Notes: generated from the sequence alone by a model not told the origin. Positions 47,035 to 57,647 are shown, numbered from the stretch's first letter. The stretch: 64,000 bases of DNA from Bacteroidota bacterium (GCA_023386045.1 JAEWKK010000008.1:34653-98652), one strand, 5' to 3'. Translations and numbers: made by a program.

Positions 47035-47568
47035 ATGAACAAGTTCAAATTTTTATTGGTGGCAGCATTCATAACGGTATCTACCGCTGCCCTGGCTCAA
47101 AAAACAGGATATATCAGCGTAGACCAGGTGATCTCCATTATGCCTGAAGTAATTAAAATTGATTCCCAGTTACAAAAATTCCAGGCAGATACAGTGAATG
47201 CAGAATTTGCCAGCCTGATTGAACAATACAACTACAAAGACAGCATTCTTAATAAGACAGATACTTTGAAAATGCCGGCTTCTCTTCGTAAGCAATACCG
47301 TAACGATTTGGAAGGAATTGCATACCAGGTACAAAACTGGCAGGCGATTTCACAACAGGCGGTTCAAAACAAACAGAACCAGTTGCTGGCTCCTCTTTAC
47401 AGGAAAGTGATGGCAGCCATCCAGGCTGTGGCAAAAGAAAAAGGATATACTTATATCTACGACAAATCTGTGCTCATCCTGGGTCCGAATGCAGATGACC
47501 TTCTGCCAGCTGTAGCACAAAAACTGAAGATCACTATTCCTAAAGACATGCAAATTGGTTTGCAGTAA
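47035..47568 (+). CDS. OmpH/Skp family periplasmic chaperone (second copy)
   Basis: A signal peptide and a coiled-coil body, in tandem with the first skp-like gene. Confidence 0.85.
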   Translation: MNKFKFLLVAAFITVSTAALAQKTGYISVDQVISIMPEVIKIDSQLQKFQADTVNAEFASLIEQYNYKDSILNKTDTLKMPASLRKQYRNDLEGIAYQVQNWQAISQQAVQNKQNQLLAPLYRKVMAAIQAVAKEKGYTYIYDKSVLILGPNADDLLPAVAQKLKITIPKDMQIGLQ

Positions 47569-47585
47569 ATAAAAAATTTTAATTG

Positions 47586-47617
47586 AAGCCTCCGTATCAC
47601 GGGGGCTTTTTTATTTT
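47586..47617 (+). terminator. Intrinsic terminator
   Basis: AAGCCTCCG-tatca-CGGGGGCTT (9 bp including one G-T) followed by TTTTATTTT. Confidence 0.85.
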
Positions 47618-47680
47618 CTGCCCTTTCTTGTTAGAAAGAATTTCAACTATCTTCTAACTTCGTCAACATAATTATTTTTA

Positions 47681-48496
47681 ATGGGACCGATAGGAGTTTT
47701 TGATAGCGGATATGGTGGACTTACGGTACTGAAAGAGCTGGTCAGGCAACTGCCGGATTATGATTATCTCTACCTGGGTGATAATGCAAGGTCGCCTTAT
47801 GGAACAAGAAGTTTTGAAACCGTTTATCGCTATACATTGCAATGTGTGAAGTGGTTACTGCAACAGGACTGCCCATTGGTAATTCTGGCATGCAATACTG
47901 CATCAGCAAAGGCTTTACGTACCATACAGCAAAAGGACCTTCCGGTGCTGGGCACAGAGTCACGTGTGCTGGGTGTAATCAGACCTACAACAGAAACCAT
48001 CGGGAAGTATACCAAAACAAACAGCATAGGAATTCTTGCCACTAACGGTACTGTGCAATCGAATTCTTATCCCATTGAAATTGAAAAATTCTTTCCTGGT
48101 ATTCACATCAGGCAGGAGGCCTGTCCTATGTGGGTACCCCTGGTTGAGAACAATGAACATGAAAGTGAAGGAGCTGATTTTTTTATCAGGCAACACATCG
48201 ATCATCTTTTTGAACAGGATCATGATATTGATACCATTCTATTGGCCTGTACGCATTATCCCCTGTTAAAGGAAAAGATCCAGAAATATCTTCCTCAAAA
48301 TGTTCAACTCTTATCGCAGGGAGAAATAGTATCGGAAAGCCTGCAGGATTATTTATCACGCCATCCTCAAATTGAAAGCAGGATTTCCAAAAACAGGAAA
48401 AGAATATTCTATACAACGGATTCACCGGAAGATTTCAATAATAAAGGCTCACTATTTTTTGGCGCACCTGTTCAATCCAGTCATGTTGATCTTTGA
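47681..48496 (+). CDS. murI: Glutamate racemase
   Basis: IGVFDSGYGGLTV, ACNTAS and ACTHYP motifs with the two catalytic Cys. Confidence 0.92.
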   Translation: MGPIGVFDSGYGGLTVLKELVRQLPDYDYLYLGDNARSPYGTRSFETVYRYTLQCVKWLLQQDCPLVILACNTASAKALRTIQQKDLPVLGTESRVLGVIRPTTETIGKYTKTNSIGILATNGTVQSNSYPIEIEKFFPGIHIRQEACPMWVPLVENNEHESEGADFFIRQHIDHLFEQDHDIDTILLACTHYPLLKEKIQKYLPQNVQLLSQGEIVSESLQDYLSRHPQIESRISKNRKRIFYTTDSPEDFNNKGSLFFGAPVQSSHVDL

Positions 48497-48504
48497 TGAA
48501 CTTT

Positions 48505-49797
48505 TCAAACATCCCTGGTTTCTGCTATCAGAGGCTCGGTAAGAGGTGCAGTATACTTTTCTCTCCTGCTCAATAATGGCAGTCTTTTTCCGTAGGTTAA
48601 CTGTCTCCATATCCATTCAACAGGTCCATATTGAAAATACTTCAACCACAGGTGGCTGAGGACAACCTGTATGAAATAAATAACAATTGCAGTAAGAAAC
48701 AAATAAGTCAAACCGAATTTCTGGCCAAGACCCAGGCCCATGCGGTAAAAAATGAAAATGCCCAGAAGTGTTTGAGTCAGGTAATTGGTTAATGCCATCC
48801 TGCCAACCGGTGCAAAGAATTGAAGTATTTTTTTTCTTCCTTTCAACCAAACAAGAGCAAGAGCAGATGCATAGGCAAGAGAAAGTGGCGCAACACTCAA
48901 TGCATATGAAATGGTGTCTGCCATACCCCAGATATTTCCATACATGTATCTGCCGTCCATTTCAAACCAGCACATGGCGATGCTGAAAGGAAGACCTATA
49001 GCAAATCCATAAAGCATTGTTTTTTTCAATAGTGATTGATAGGTGTCAAGGTGAGCAAAGATCATTTTCCTGCCGGCAAAATAACCAATCAGGAACATGC
49101 CCAACACCTTTGGTATCCGGTTGGTTTGAAGAATATAAGCATATCGATGAAGGTATCCGGATTCCTGCCAGTTGCGCCATTCATTCCAGCCACTTCCATC
49201 CTTGTACAGGTAAAATGCAAAATTTTGATCAAGTGGAATTCCATTTTTTTTATCAATGCTAAATCCAAGGGTACTAAGAGGTTGCCCGGGGTCCCACTGT
49301 ATAAAGTATTTAATAAGATCGAGAAAAACAGGTGAGAGTATGAGTACAGTGGCCCAGGTCAAAAGTTGTTTATCGGAACAATTCCTGAACAAAGGCAGGA
49401 TCATGCCAATGACTGCATATAAAAAAAGAATATCGCCTTCCCAAAAGAAAAAAAGATGAACAGAACCTATCAGCAATAAAATAAAAAGTCTCCTGTAAAA
49501 AATACTCAGTGAATTCAATCCCTTTTTCCGGGTTCTGGTAAGTATGATCGAAAAGCCGATTCCAAACAATAATGAAAACAATGAATAGAACTTTCCTTCA
49601 ACAAAAATGATCTGCAGGTAGTTGGACACCCTGTCAATATTGTAAGTGTCGAATTGTTGTTTATTGGCTTCCGGTAAAAAACCATAACCTGAAAAACCAT
49701 AAATGTTATTCAACAGGATGCCCAGGATGGCAATCCCTCTAAGTATGTCCAGTATCTGCGATCTTTCTTCTTTTTGAACAGGTAATGATTGCTGCAT
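48505..49797 (-). CDS. DUF418 (YeiB-like) membrane protein
   Basis: ILDILRGIAILGILLNN, GRMALTNYLTQT and GPVEWIWRQLTYG motifs. Confidence 0.8.
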   Translation of the reverse strand: MQQSLPVQKEERSQILDILRGIAILGILLNNIYGFSGYGFLPEANKQQFDTYNIDRVSNYLQIIFVEGKFYSLFSLLFGIGFSIILTRTRKKGLNSLSIFYRRLFILLLIGSVHLFFFWEGDILFLYAVIGMILPLFRNCSDKQLLTWATVLILSPVFLDLIKYFIQWDPGQPLSTLGFSIDKKNGIPLDQNFAFYLYKDGSGWNEWRNWQESGYLHRYAYILQTNRIPKVLGMFLIGYFAGRKMIFAHLDTYQSLLKKTMLYGFAIGLPFSIAMCWFEMDGRYMYGNIWGMADTISYALSVAPLSLAYASALALVWLKGRKKILQFFAPVGRMALTNYLTQTLLGIFIFYRMGLGLGQKFGLTYLFLTAIVIYFIQVVLSHLWLKYFQYGPVEWIWRQLTYGKRLPLLSRREKYTAPLTEPLIAETRDV

Positions 49798-49817
49798 TGG
49801 TTAAGTATGAACAGGGT

Positions 49818-51149
49818 TTAAGTTGATTTTTTGGTCATCGGCTGTATCTGCCAGTAGGTAAGACTTCTCCAGGCCCATTCAAGGGGACCAAAGCGAAAAT
49901 ATTTAAGCCATATGTTGCTGAATATGATCTGGAAGATCCAGATGGCAGCCACCACGTAATAGAGTTCATGTCTTTCCAGCTTGCCATACATAGCAAAACC
50001 AAGGCTGGTAAATATCAGCGCACAGATCAGGGACTGCCCAAGATAATTGGTGAAGGCCATACGGCCAACAGGCTTCAGCATTTCAAAAAACCATTTAAAA
50101 ACTCCACTTCGATGCAGCAGCATAATTCCTCCAAATATTCCTATGGATCTAAGAGCCCTTTGCAGCTGGTAATAATTAAAGGAAACATTCTTCACATATT
50201 CAAAGCGGTTAAATTGGTATTGAATAAAGGGCTGCCAAAAAAGGTAACTGAGATAACATCCCAATCCAAGGCCAACGATGAGCATCCACCAATAAATTTT
50301 GGGTGGAGCATTTCCGGTAAGAATGCCCATTTTAAAAAATGCCATTCCCAAAAACATGAAAAGCAGCACATCCCATAATTCAAAATACAGGTAACGAACA
50401 AGCACATTGATGTAGCGCTGTGTTTGAGTTTCATAGAGATCTTCATAATTGCTGCTGGCTATTTTACGGATGTCGCTTTGTGCGTGTTCTCTTCTTTTTT
50501 CAACAGCGCTCTTTTCTTTAAATGCCATTAAATACTGAAGATCTTCTTTCTGGGCGGCACTCAGTTTGGAAACACTGGTATCCAAGGCAGCGGCAGCTTC
50601 CCCTTTTGCTATTTTGTTTTTTTCATGGTAAAGATCCCTGTTCTCTCTGGCAAGCATCAGCAAAAGGCAAACTCCGGCACAGATCAACAATCCTTTTGCA
50701 GGCAGATTGCGAAAAGTAAAAAGCAGCATACCATATAATGCATAGTCGAGTAGTATATCTCCAAACCAGAGCAAAACAAATACATCAATTAATGAAAAGA
50801 TAAGCAGCCAAAGTTGTCGCCGGAAAAAATAGTCAGCAGGTCGCATGCCTTCTGATTTTTTTTCGCTGTTGCGTATAAATAGAATAATTCCTGCACCAAA
50901 CAACATTGAAAAGAGTGCTCGCTGAGTACCATCTGGAACAAGGGAGATAAAGCGCCAGGTATTAAAATCTATCGCCGATTCATTCAATAGAAATGGATCG
51001 AAACTGGGATATCCAAATGCTGGCATGTTCATCAAAAGAATACCAAGAATTGCAATTCCGCGAAGGCTGTCCAGGATGGCTATGCGTTCGGTAGGTGCAG
51101 TGGGGCTGAGGCTCCGAAAGCTTTTGGGAGGGGTGGCTACCGCTTCCAT
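49818..51149 (-). CDS. DUF418 (YeiB-like) membrane protein, tandem paralog
   Basis: ILDSLRGIAILGILLMN, GRMAFTNYLGQS and GPLEWAWRSLTYW motifs. It carries an approx 80-aa charged insertion that is absent from the neighbour. Confidence 0.8.
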   Translation of the reverse strand: MEAVATPPKSFRSLSPTAPTERIAILDSLRGIAILGILLMNMPAFGYPSFDPFLLNESAIDFNTWRFISLVPDGTQRALFSMLFGAGIILFIRNSEKKSEGMRPADYFFRRQLWLLIFSLIDVFVLLWFGDILLDYALYGMLLFTFRNLPAKGLLICAGVCLLLMLARENRDLYHEKNKIAKGEAAAALDTSVSKLSAAQKEDLQYLMAFKEKSAVEKRREHAQSDIRKIASSNYEDLYETQTQRYINVLVRYLYFELWDVLLFMFLGMAFFKMGILTGNAPPKIYWWMLIVGLGLGCYLSYLFWQPFIQYQFNRFEYVKNVSFNYYQLQRALRSIGIFGGIMLLHRSGVFKWFFEMLKPVGRMAFTNYLGQSLICALIFTSLGFAMYGKLERHELYYVVAAIWIFQIIFSNIWLKYFRFGPLEWAWRSLTYWQIQPMTKKST

Positions 51150-51252
51150 GTTGGTTTTAGTTTCCTATTAAGTTATTCATATTTTCCCGTCCACATTGGA
51201 TTTCAGAAAAATAAAAGCTGAAAGGAAGCTCTATTAAGAATGTCCACAGCGG

Positions 51253-51765
51253 TCAGAAGCTTCCGTCAATACTGAATTGGACAAGTATCAGGGAATCGGG
51301 CGTATCCTTTATAATCACTTCGCGGCCATCATATAGTTTACTGGCTGTGTCACCACAATATTGTTCAAATTTTACAGGAGAATACTGTGTGGTATTGGTG
51401 GGTTTATAGGTTTGTTTGATCCTTGAATAAAATTTCTTGCAGTAGTTGCAATTGACCTTGACTGCTACAGCTCCCGGCATCAAACAGTGTTTCAAATGAT
51501 CCATGCCTTCAACTGATTTGTCTTTAATGAAAACCTGGCCGTTGACCATCCAGCAAAAAGTTTCGCCGCCAGCTTTGTAATAAGAACAGGATGCCGGATA
51601 ATGTGCTGCCATTTCCGCTTCGGTCTTATTGCAAACCATAATCGTTTCATTGCCCAATGCATCCACCAGTTGCCAGCAATAGGTCTGATCTTCTTTTTTA
51701 TCTTCTTTTTTGCAGGAAAGAATGATCAGCATGGCCATCAGCAACATCAGTATTAGTCGTAGCAT
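51253..51765 (-). CDS. Cys-rich hypothetical lipoprotein
   Basis: A lipobox-like LIILSC after a hydrophobic signal, a KKEDKKED linker and 8 further Cys. I recognised no family. Confidence 0.55.
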   Translation of the reverse strand: MLRLILMLLMAMLIILSCKKEDKKEDQTYCWQLVDALGNETIMVCNKTEAEMAAHYPASCSYYKAGGETFCWMVNGQVFIKDKSVEGMDHLKHCLMPGAVAVKVNCNYCKKFYSRIKQTYKPTNTTQYSPVKFEQYCGDTASKLYDGREVIIKDTPDSLILVQFSIDGSF

Positions 51766-51926
51766 AATAATGCATTAAAAAAGGAAAATTAACCCGCAAA
51801 ACAGAAAAAGGCAAAAAATGGAATGTATTTCTAAGATCCGGGCTGGGAGCAGCCTGAATCCTTCTGTTTACAAGGGATTTTAACAGCCTTCTCAAAATTT
51901 TCCCCTGATTTTTCGGCTCCGAACCT

Positions 51927-51934
51927 TACCTTTG
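51927..51934 (+). promoter_or_regulatory. Bacteroidota -7 promoter box TACCTTTG upstream of rpmH
   Basis: An exact TAnnTTTG match ends 104 nt upstream of the rpmH ATG. A near-identical TACCTTTA lies at 52301-52308, just before rnpA. Confidence 0.35.
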
Positions 51935-52038
51935 CCGTCCTTTCACAAAACCAACGGGTGTGGTGACCTGTAGGTAATAACTGAAACAAACCCGGTTCTC
52001 CACGGGGGATTTAGTAAACGTGAAAAAACTGATTAAAA

Positions 52039-52194
52039 ATGAAACGTACATTTCAACCACATCGCCGCCGCCGTAAAACAGTTCATGGATTCCGTAAGCG
52101 TATGCAATCTGCTAATGGAAGAAAAGTGCTGGCCAGCCGCCGTGCGAAAGGCCGTCACAAACTGACTATCAGCGACGAGAAGAAACTGAAATAA
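52039..52194 (+). CDS. rpmH: 50S ribosomal protein L34
   Basis: A 51-aa ORF below the ORF-track cutoff translating to [51 protein letters not shown]. This matches the L34 consensus and sits upstream of rnpA. Confidence 0.93.
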   Translation: MKRTFQPHRRRRKTVHGFRKRMQSANGRKVLASRRAKGRHKLTISDEKKLK

Positions 52195-52223
52195 TAGCTC
52201 AGTACAGCTAATGACGATATTGA

Positions 52224-52254
52224 AGCTCTCAGCCTAAGGTTGGGAGCTTTTTTA
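52224..52254 (+). terminator. Intrinsic terminator between rpmH and rnpA
   Basis: AGCTCTCAGCC-taa-GGTTGGGAGCT (11 bp including two G-T) followed by TTTTTT. Confidence 0.8.
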
Positions 52255-52312
52255 TGAATCTAACCGGATTCTTGTCACAGTCTGCAAAATCCTAGGCACT
52301 TACCTTTACCTC

Positions 52313-52720
52313 ATGATCAAACGCTTTGGATTTGGAAGAAACGAGCGGCTGAAAAGCCGGAAGCGGATAGAAGAACTCTTTCTCCAGGGCCAGCGCTTGA
52401 ACCAGTTTCCTCTGAGGGTTACCTTCCAGTTTCTTCCGGCAGCAGGAGAACCTGGCGTACAGGCGGGTGTAACTGCCTCTAAAAAATTCTTCAAAAAAGC
52501 GGTTGATCGAAACCGTATCAAAAGACTGATGCGGGAGAGTTACAGGCTGCAGAAAAATGGATTGATAGAACTAATGAAGGAGAAAGACCTGAAAGGCCTG
52601 GTTTTTTTTATGTACAGCGATAAAACAATTGCCAGCTTTGAAGTGATCAAAGTGGCGATGCAGAAAGCAATCATGAAACTTCAAAAAGCAGCCATGCAGA
52701 CCAATGAAAACCCTTCTTAA
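52313..52720 (+). CDS. rnpA: Ribonuclease P protein component
   Basis: [13 protein letters not shown] plus an RNR-like basic motif ([13 protein letters not shown]). 135 aa. Confidence 0.9.
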   Translation: MIKRFGFGRNERLKSRKRIEELFLQGQRLNQFPLRVTFQFLPAAGEPGVQAGVTASKKFFKKAVDRNRIKRLMRESYRLQKNGLIELMKEKDLKGLVFFMYSDKTIASFEVIKVAMQKAIMKLQKAAMQTNENPS

Positions 52721-52940
52721 AATACTGGCCCTGCCTTTTATAGGACTGATCAGGCTTTACCAGCTGATCATTTCTCCCTGGCTGGGACCCAAATGCCGCT
52801 TCACGCCTACCTGTTCCCATTATGGGATTGAAGCTTTCAAAAAACATGGCGTATTTAAAGGCTTCTGGCTTACAGTAAAAAGAATCAGCCGATGCCATCC
52901 CTGGGGTGGGCATGGCTATGATCCTGTGCCCGAAGATTAA
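52704..52940 (+). CDS. yidD: Membrane protein insertion efficiency factor YidD
   Basis: [31 protein letters not shown]...[17 protein letters not shown]. Confidence 0.92.
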   Translation: MKTLLKILALPFIGLIRLYQLIISPWLGPKCRFTPTCSHYGIEAFKKHGVFKGFWLTVKRISRCHPWGGHGYDPVPED

Positions 52941-53509
52941 GAAAGCTCCAAAAGCTTCTCCAGCTTAAGATATCCAAGGTGCAGGGAATCTTCCTTTCCG
53001 GATTCAGCCTTAGTCAATCGTACTCTATATTTTTCTTTATAGACCGAAGGCAGGATCTCCTCAATGGCATAAGCATCATCCACATCAACTCCATACTTAT
53101 CATCTACATGCGACGCAGCACCTTTGAAGCCGGTATGCATATAAAAAGCTGTCTGCTTTGCTTTTTGAAGTGCCGTGCTTTTGTCTTCCCCGACAGTCAA
53201 AAGCTTGTAATGGAATTCCTCAAATTCGTTTTGCTTATAACCTCCAAGATTGATAAAAAACAGCTGTTCTTGACCAACTGATTCATGGTTCTCTCTCGGA
53301 ACAATTTCAATTTTATAGCCCTCAACAAATTCAACAGTTCTCCAGGCATCAATATGGATCCGGCCTTTTGCTTCGGGCCAAAAATTGATCAGTTCTTCCC
53401 GAAGTGCTGAAAGCCCGGTGCCAATGCCAAAAAATATATCATGCTGTTCCGTGTTCCGGCCTTCTGGTCTACAACCCAGCAGGATCATGTAGAGTTTTAC
53501 TTCACTCAT
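52937..53509 (-). CDS. DUF1543 domain protein (two repeats)
   Basis: [23 protein letters not shown] is repeated as [21 protein letters not shown]. This resembles DUF1543 from memory. Confidence 0.55.
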   Translation of the reverse strand: MSEVKLYMILLGCRPEGRNTEQHDIFFGIGTGLSALREELINFWPEAKGRIHIDAWRTVEFVEGYKIEIVPRENHESVGQEQLFFINLGGYKQNEFEEFHYKLLTVGEDKSTALQKAKQTAFYMHTGFKGAASHVDDKYGVDVDDAYAIEEILPSVYKEKYRVRLTKAESGKEDSLHLGYLKLEKLLELS

Positions 53510-53511
53510 GG

Positions 53512-53541
53512 TAAAAAAAGAACCACTTCAATTGAAGTGGT
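53512..53541 (-). terminator. Intrinsic terminator of the superoxide dismutase gene
   Basis: ACCACTTC-aatt-GAAGTGGT (53522-53541). On the minus strand it is followed by TCTTTTTTT. Confidence 0.8.
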
Positions 53542-53553
53542 CTCTCTCATTTT

Positions 53554-54156
53554 TTATTTAGCCTTTTCAAAATGTTCGGCCACTTTATTCCAGTTGATTA
53601 CATTCCAGATATTGGTTAAATACTCCGGCCTGCGGTTCTGGTATTTCAGGTAATAAGCATGTTCCCAAACATCAATGCCAAGGATGGGAGTTCCTTTTAC
53701 TTCTGCAACATCCATCAATGGGTTGTCCTGGTTAGGGGTGGAGCTAACTTCCAGCTTGCCATCTTTCACCAGCAGCCAGGCCCAGCCACTTCCAAAACGG
53801 GTGGCGCCCGCAGTGTTTACTTTTTCTTTGAGCGCATCAAGACTGCCAAATGTTTGGTTAATAGCATCAGCGAGTCTGCCTGAAGGCTGTCCGCCTCCTG
53901 GTGCCAGCAGCTCCCAGAAAAAGCTGTGGTTCCAATGTCCGCCGCCATTATTGCGAACTGCGGGAGAAATAGTTCCCGCTGATGCCAGTAATTGTTCGAT
54001 GGTTTTGTTCTCGTGCTCCGTGCCGGCAATGGCTTTATTCAGATTGTCTACGTAAGCCTGGTGGTGTTTACCATGGTGGATCTGCATGGTTTGCGCGTCT
54101 ATGCTTGGTTCCAATGCATCAAATGCATACGGTAATGGAGGAAGGGTAAATGCCAT
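53554..54156 (-). CDS. Fe/Mn superoxide dismutase
   Basis: [28 protein letters not shown] and DVWEHAYYL motifs. Confidence 0.93.
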   Translation of the reverse strand: MAFTLPPLPYAFDALEPSIDAQTMQIHHGKHHQAYVDNLNKAIAGTEHENKTIEQLLASAGTISPAVRNNGGGHWNHSFFWELLAPGGGQPSGRLADAINQTFGSLDALKEKVNTAGATRFGSGWAWLLVKDGKLEVSSTPNQDNPLMDVAEVKGTPILGIDVWEHAYYLKYQNRRPEYLTNIWNVINWNKVAEHFEKAK

Positions 54157-54466
54157 ACAATTGTTTTTTAAGTTTTGAATTAATTTTTGCCTGTCGTTTC
54201 CTTAGGAAGCACAAATTTATTAAGGATCAAACTACCAAAACCATTTCTTCCTTTTTTCGAAAACGCAGATTCTTTAATTGCGTTTATTGCAGCTTTTAAG
54301 AGAAGTGACATAGAAATTTCCTTATTCTGGATAAAAAACTATAAAGGTTTGGTATGATTATGCTGTTTAATGCGTAATTTTTTGCAGTATTTTGCCGGTA
54401 TTGAAACGATTCTGTCCCCAACAGAAGACCCTGAGCTTGTATTACCAAACCAACAATAAAAATCAA

Positions 54467-57400
54467 ATGAGAAAATTAATCATGAAGGGATGGCTCCTTA
54501 TTCTGGTAGCCCTTCCTTTTTTGGCTTTTAGCCAGCGGCAGGTAACCGGCACTGTTACCAATGAAAAGGGTGAACCCCTGGCCGCCGTTTCCATCATAGA
54601 AAAAGGAACCAACAACGGTGTCACCACCAATGATAAGGGCGCCTTTGTCATTACCCTAACCACTCCTAACCCCGTTCTGCTGGTTACTTATGCCGGTATG
54701 AGTAATAAGGAGATCATTGTTAGCAGTTCCTCTAATTATAATATCAGCCTGAGCGAGAATGGCACCATGTCGGAAGTAATTGTTACTGCTCTTGGCATTA
54801 CCCGCAAGGACAGGTCTATTGGATATGCCAACCAGCAGGTAAAAGGCGAGAACCTTACCCTGACCAAGGAACAAAATGTTTTAGGATCCCTGGCAGGAAA
54901 GATCGCAGGTGTACAGGTGGTGGGTTCTTCCGGAGCCAGCATGGGTGGAACACAAAAGATCAAGATCCGTGGCGTCAATTCAGTTGGAGGTGGAAGCGAA
55001 CCCTTGATTGTTGTTGACGGTACGCCTATTTCCAATGCCAATTTCGCTGGAAGAAATGGTGGTGATTTTGGTAACCTTGCCCAGGACATCAACCCTGAGG
55101 ATATCGAAACCGTCAACGTACTGAAAGGTCCTGCGGCTTCTGCTCTTTATGGCATACGCGGACAATATGGTGTGATCCTGATAACTACCAAGAAAGGTTC
55201 AAGAGGAGCAAAAAAAATAAACGTTCAGCTCAATTCTTCTTTTTCAATAGAACAGGTCACCAACTTCATCCCCATGCAAAATCTCTATGGCGGCGGTTCC
55301 AGCCAAACCTGGAGAACACTGGCCAATGGTGATAAATATGTGGACATGGCTGTAGATGAAAGCTGGGGACCTAAAATGGACGGTACACTTGCCCGTTCCG
55401 TTTTTAGTTTTTACCCGCAGGATCCAGAGTACGGCCAGCTTACACCCTTTGTTGCCTATCCAAATAATATCAAAGACTTTTTTGAAACAGGCACAACATT
55501 GAACAATGGACTGACTGTAACAGGCGGTAATGAGAATTCCAATTACCGCATCAGTTTCAATGATACAAGGATACAGGGTATTGAACCCAACACCTGGCTG
55601 AAAAGAAACAACCTGGGTCTGAGCACTTCATTTGATCTTACCAGTAAATTGAATTTTGCCAGCAATATCAACATAGCAGTGAATTCGGCTCAAAGACCTT
55701 CACAGGGTTATGATGGCGGATCACGTTATCTCTTGCAATGGTTTCAGCGAAACGTGGATATGAATAAGTTGAAAGATTATAAATATCCCGACGGGACTTT
55801 TAAAAGCTGGAACCTGAACAGACCTAATTCTGCAGGTGTGATCAGCAGCTTCAGACCACTTTACTGGAACAATCCTTATTTCGAAGCTTATGAAAATCTC
55901 AATAATGACAACCGCGACAGGTTGTTCGGCGACATCAGTTTGAACTATCAATTGATGCCCGGTCTTAAGCTTAGTGGATTTATTCGTTCAGACCTCTACA
56001 CGCAAAATATTGAAGACAGGGAAGCATTTGGTAGCCGCTATACACCATTTTATTCTGTAGGCAAATACCAGAACCGCGATTTCAACTATGAATTCCTTGG
56101 ACAATACAATAAAAAATGGAATGACCTTTCGCTCAATGCCAACCTTGGCGCAAACGTGTACAAAAGAAAATACAGTTATATCCAACAGGCAACAGCAGGC
56201 GGTCTTTCAAGTCCAGGCTTTTTTAATATCGCAGCTTCGCGCGACAGGCCTGTTGTAAGCAATTATCTTTTGAGAAAAGAGATCAGAAGTTTGTATGGAC
56301 TGGTTTCATTGGGATATAAGGATACTTATTTCATTGATGCCACTTTAAGAAATGATAATTCATCCACGCTGCCAAAGAATAATAATTCCTATTGGTATCC
56401 ATCCATATCAGGAAGCTTTATCTTCAGTGAGCTGGTAAATTGGAAACCGCTTTCATACGGAAAAATCAGGTTGAGCTATGCTCAGGCAGGCTCTGACCTC
56501 AATCCTTACCAGACCACTGAAGCCTATGGTGTTGGTGGTATCTATAGCGGCATTAATACCCTTTACGTTCCGGATAATTTATACAATGCCGACATCAAAC
56601 CTTCATTCTCTAATTCATATGAAGCTGGACTTGAATTAAAATTATTCAACTCAAGGCTGGGAATGGATCTGACCTATTACATGCAGAAAAACAAGAACCA
56701 GATCATTAATCTTGATGTGTCGGGTACAAGCGGATTCTCATCCACTGTAATTAATGCAGGCCTGATAGAAAATAAAGGTGTTGAGCTTACGCTGACAGGA
56801 TCACCTGTTCGCACCAGGAATTTCTCATGGGATGCCACCTTCAATATCAGCCGTAATAAAAATGTTCTTAAAGAACTGGCACCAGGTATCAATGTTTACG
56901 ACCTTGATGTGAATACTTATTCCGGTGTTTCAGTTTATCTCAAATCTTTTGTAGGTGAATCTTTCGGAAGCCTGATTGGTAAAGCTTATCAGAGAGACAG
57001 TGCTACAGGAATGATCCTGCTGGGCACCAATAATCTTCCATTGTATACTGATGCCACGCATAATTTCGGAAGTGTTCTGCCTGATTATACCGGAGGCTTT
57101 CTGAATACTTTCCGGTTCTTTGGTTTTGATCTGAGTGCAATGATCGATTACCAGTTTGGCGGACAATTTTTCTCCTGGTCAAAAATGATGGCAGTAAAAA
57201 CAGGTCTGGCCGAAGAAACTGCAGCTATCAATGACCGTGGTGCCAATGTAAGGGATGCACTTGCAGATAATGGTGGTGTTCACGTCGTCGGCATCTCGGC
57301 TTCTACCAAACAACCGGTAGATACTTATGTTGATGCACGTGCCTATTTCAGAACCACACTTGGTACGCATGTTTACGAAGAATGGCTCTATGATGCTTCC

Positions 57401-57637
57401 TATATAAAACTCAGGGAGATCAGGCTGGGATATACTTTCAATAAACTGGGCAAGCTGCCATTTAAATCCATGAACCTTGCCTTTATTGCACGCAATCCGG
57501 CAATGATCTGGCAAAAAGCTCCGGAAGGACTTGATCCTTCAGAACTTTCTTCTGGTGGAAATTCTATCAGCTGGCTGGAAACAGGTCAATTGAATTCAGT
57601 TCGCTCATTTGGTCTAAACCTCAACATCAACTTTTAA
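54467..57637 (+). CDS. SusC/RagA family TonB-linked outer membrane protein
   Basis: Signal peptide, a CarboxypepD_reg domain, a plug with the TonB-box-like VIVTALG, and the conserved C-terminal FGLNLNINF. The start was moved to MRKLIMKG at 54467. Confidence 0.92.
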   Translation: MRKLIMKGWLLILVALPFLAFSQRQVTGTVTNEKGEPLAAVSIIEKGTNNGVTTNDKGAFVITLTTPNPVLLVTYAGMSNKEIIVSSSSNYNISLSENGTMSEVIVTALGITRKDRSIGYANQQVKGENLTLTKEQNVLGSLAGKIAGVQVVGSSGASMGGTQKIKIRGVNSVGGGSEPLIVVDGTPISNANFAGRNGGDFGNLAQDINPEDIETVNVLKGPAASALYGIRGQYGVILITTKKGSRGAKKINVQLNSSFSIEQVTNFIPMQNLYGGGSSQTWRTLANGDKYVDMAVDESWGPKMDGTLARSVFSFYPQDPEYGQLTPFVAYPNNIKDFFETGTTLNNGLTVTGGNENSNYRISFNDTRIQGIEPNTWLKRNNLGLSTSFDLTSKLNFASNINIAVNSAQRPSQGYDGGSRYLLQWFQRNVDMNKLKDYKYPDGTFKSWNLNRPNSAGVISSFRPLYWNNPYFEAYENLNNDNRDRLFGDISLNYQLMPGLKLSGFIRSDLYTQNIEDREAFGSRYTPFYSVGKYQNRDFNYEFLGQYNKKWNDLSLNANLGANVYKRKYSYIQQATAGGLSSPGFFNIAASRDRPVVSNYLLRKEIRSLYGLVSLGYKDTYFIDATLRNDNSSTLPKNNNSYWYPSISGSFIFSELVNWKPLSYGKIRLSYAQAGSDLNPYQTTEAYGVGGIYSGINTLYVPDNLYNADIKPSFSNSYEAGLELKLFNSRLGMDLTYYMQKNKNQIINLDVSGTSGFSSTVINAGLIENKGVELTLTGSPVRTRNFSWDATFNISRNKNVLKELAPGINVYDLDVNTYSGVSVYLKSFVGESFGSLIGKAYQRDSATGMILLGTNNLPLYTDATHNFGSVLPDYTGGFLNTFRFFGFDLSAMIDYQFGGQFFSWSKMMAVKTGLAEETAAINDRGANVRDALADNGGVHVVGISASTKQPVDTYVDARAYFRTTLGTHVYEEWLYDASYIKLREIRLGYTFNKLGKLPFKSMNLAFIARNPAMIWQKAPEGLDPSELSSGGNSISWLETGQLNSVRSFGLNLNINF

Positions 57638-57647
57638 AAACAAAACA

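Noticed and set aside
51150-51252. Possible oriC near rpmH-rnpA (two TGTCCACA DnaA-box-like words)
   Set aside because: There are only two imperfect boxes about 50 bp apart. There is no AT-rich unwinding element or box cluster, no dnaA or dnaN gene in the window, and rpmH-rnpA is not reliably oriC-linked in Bacteroidota.
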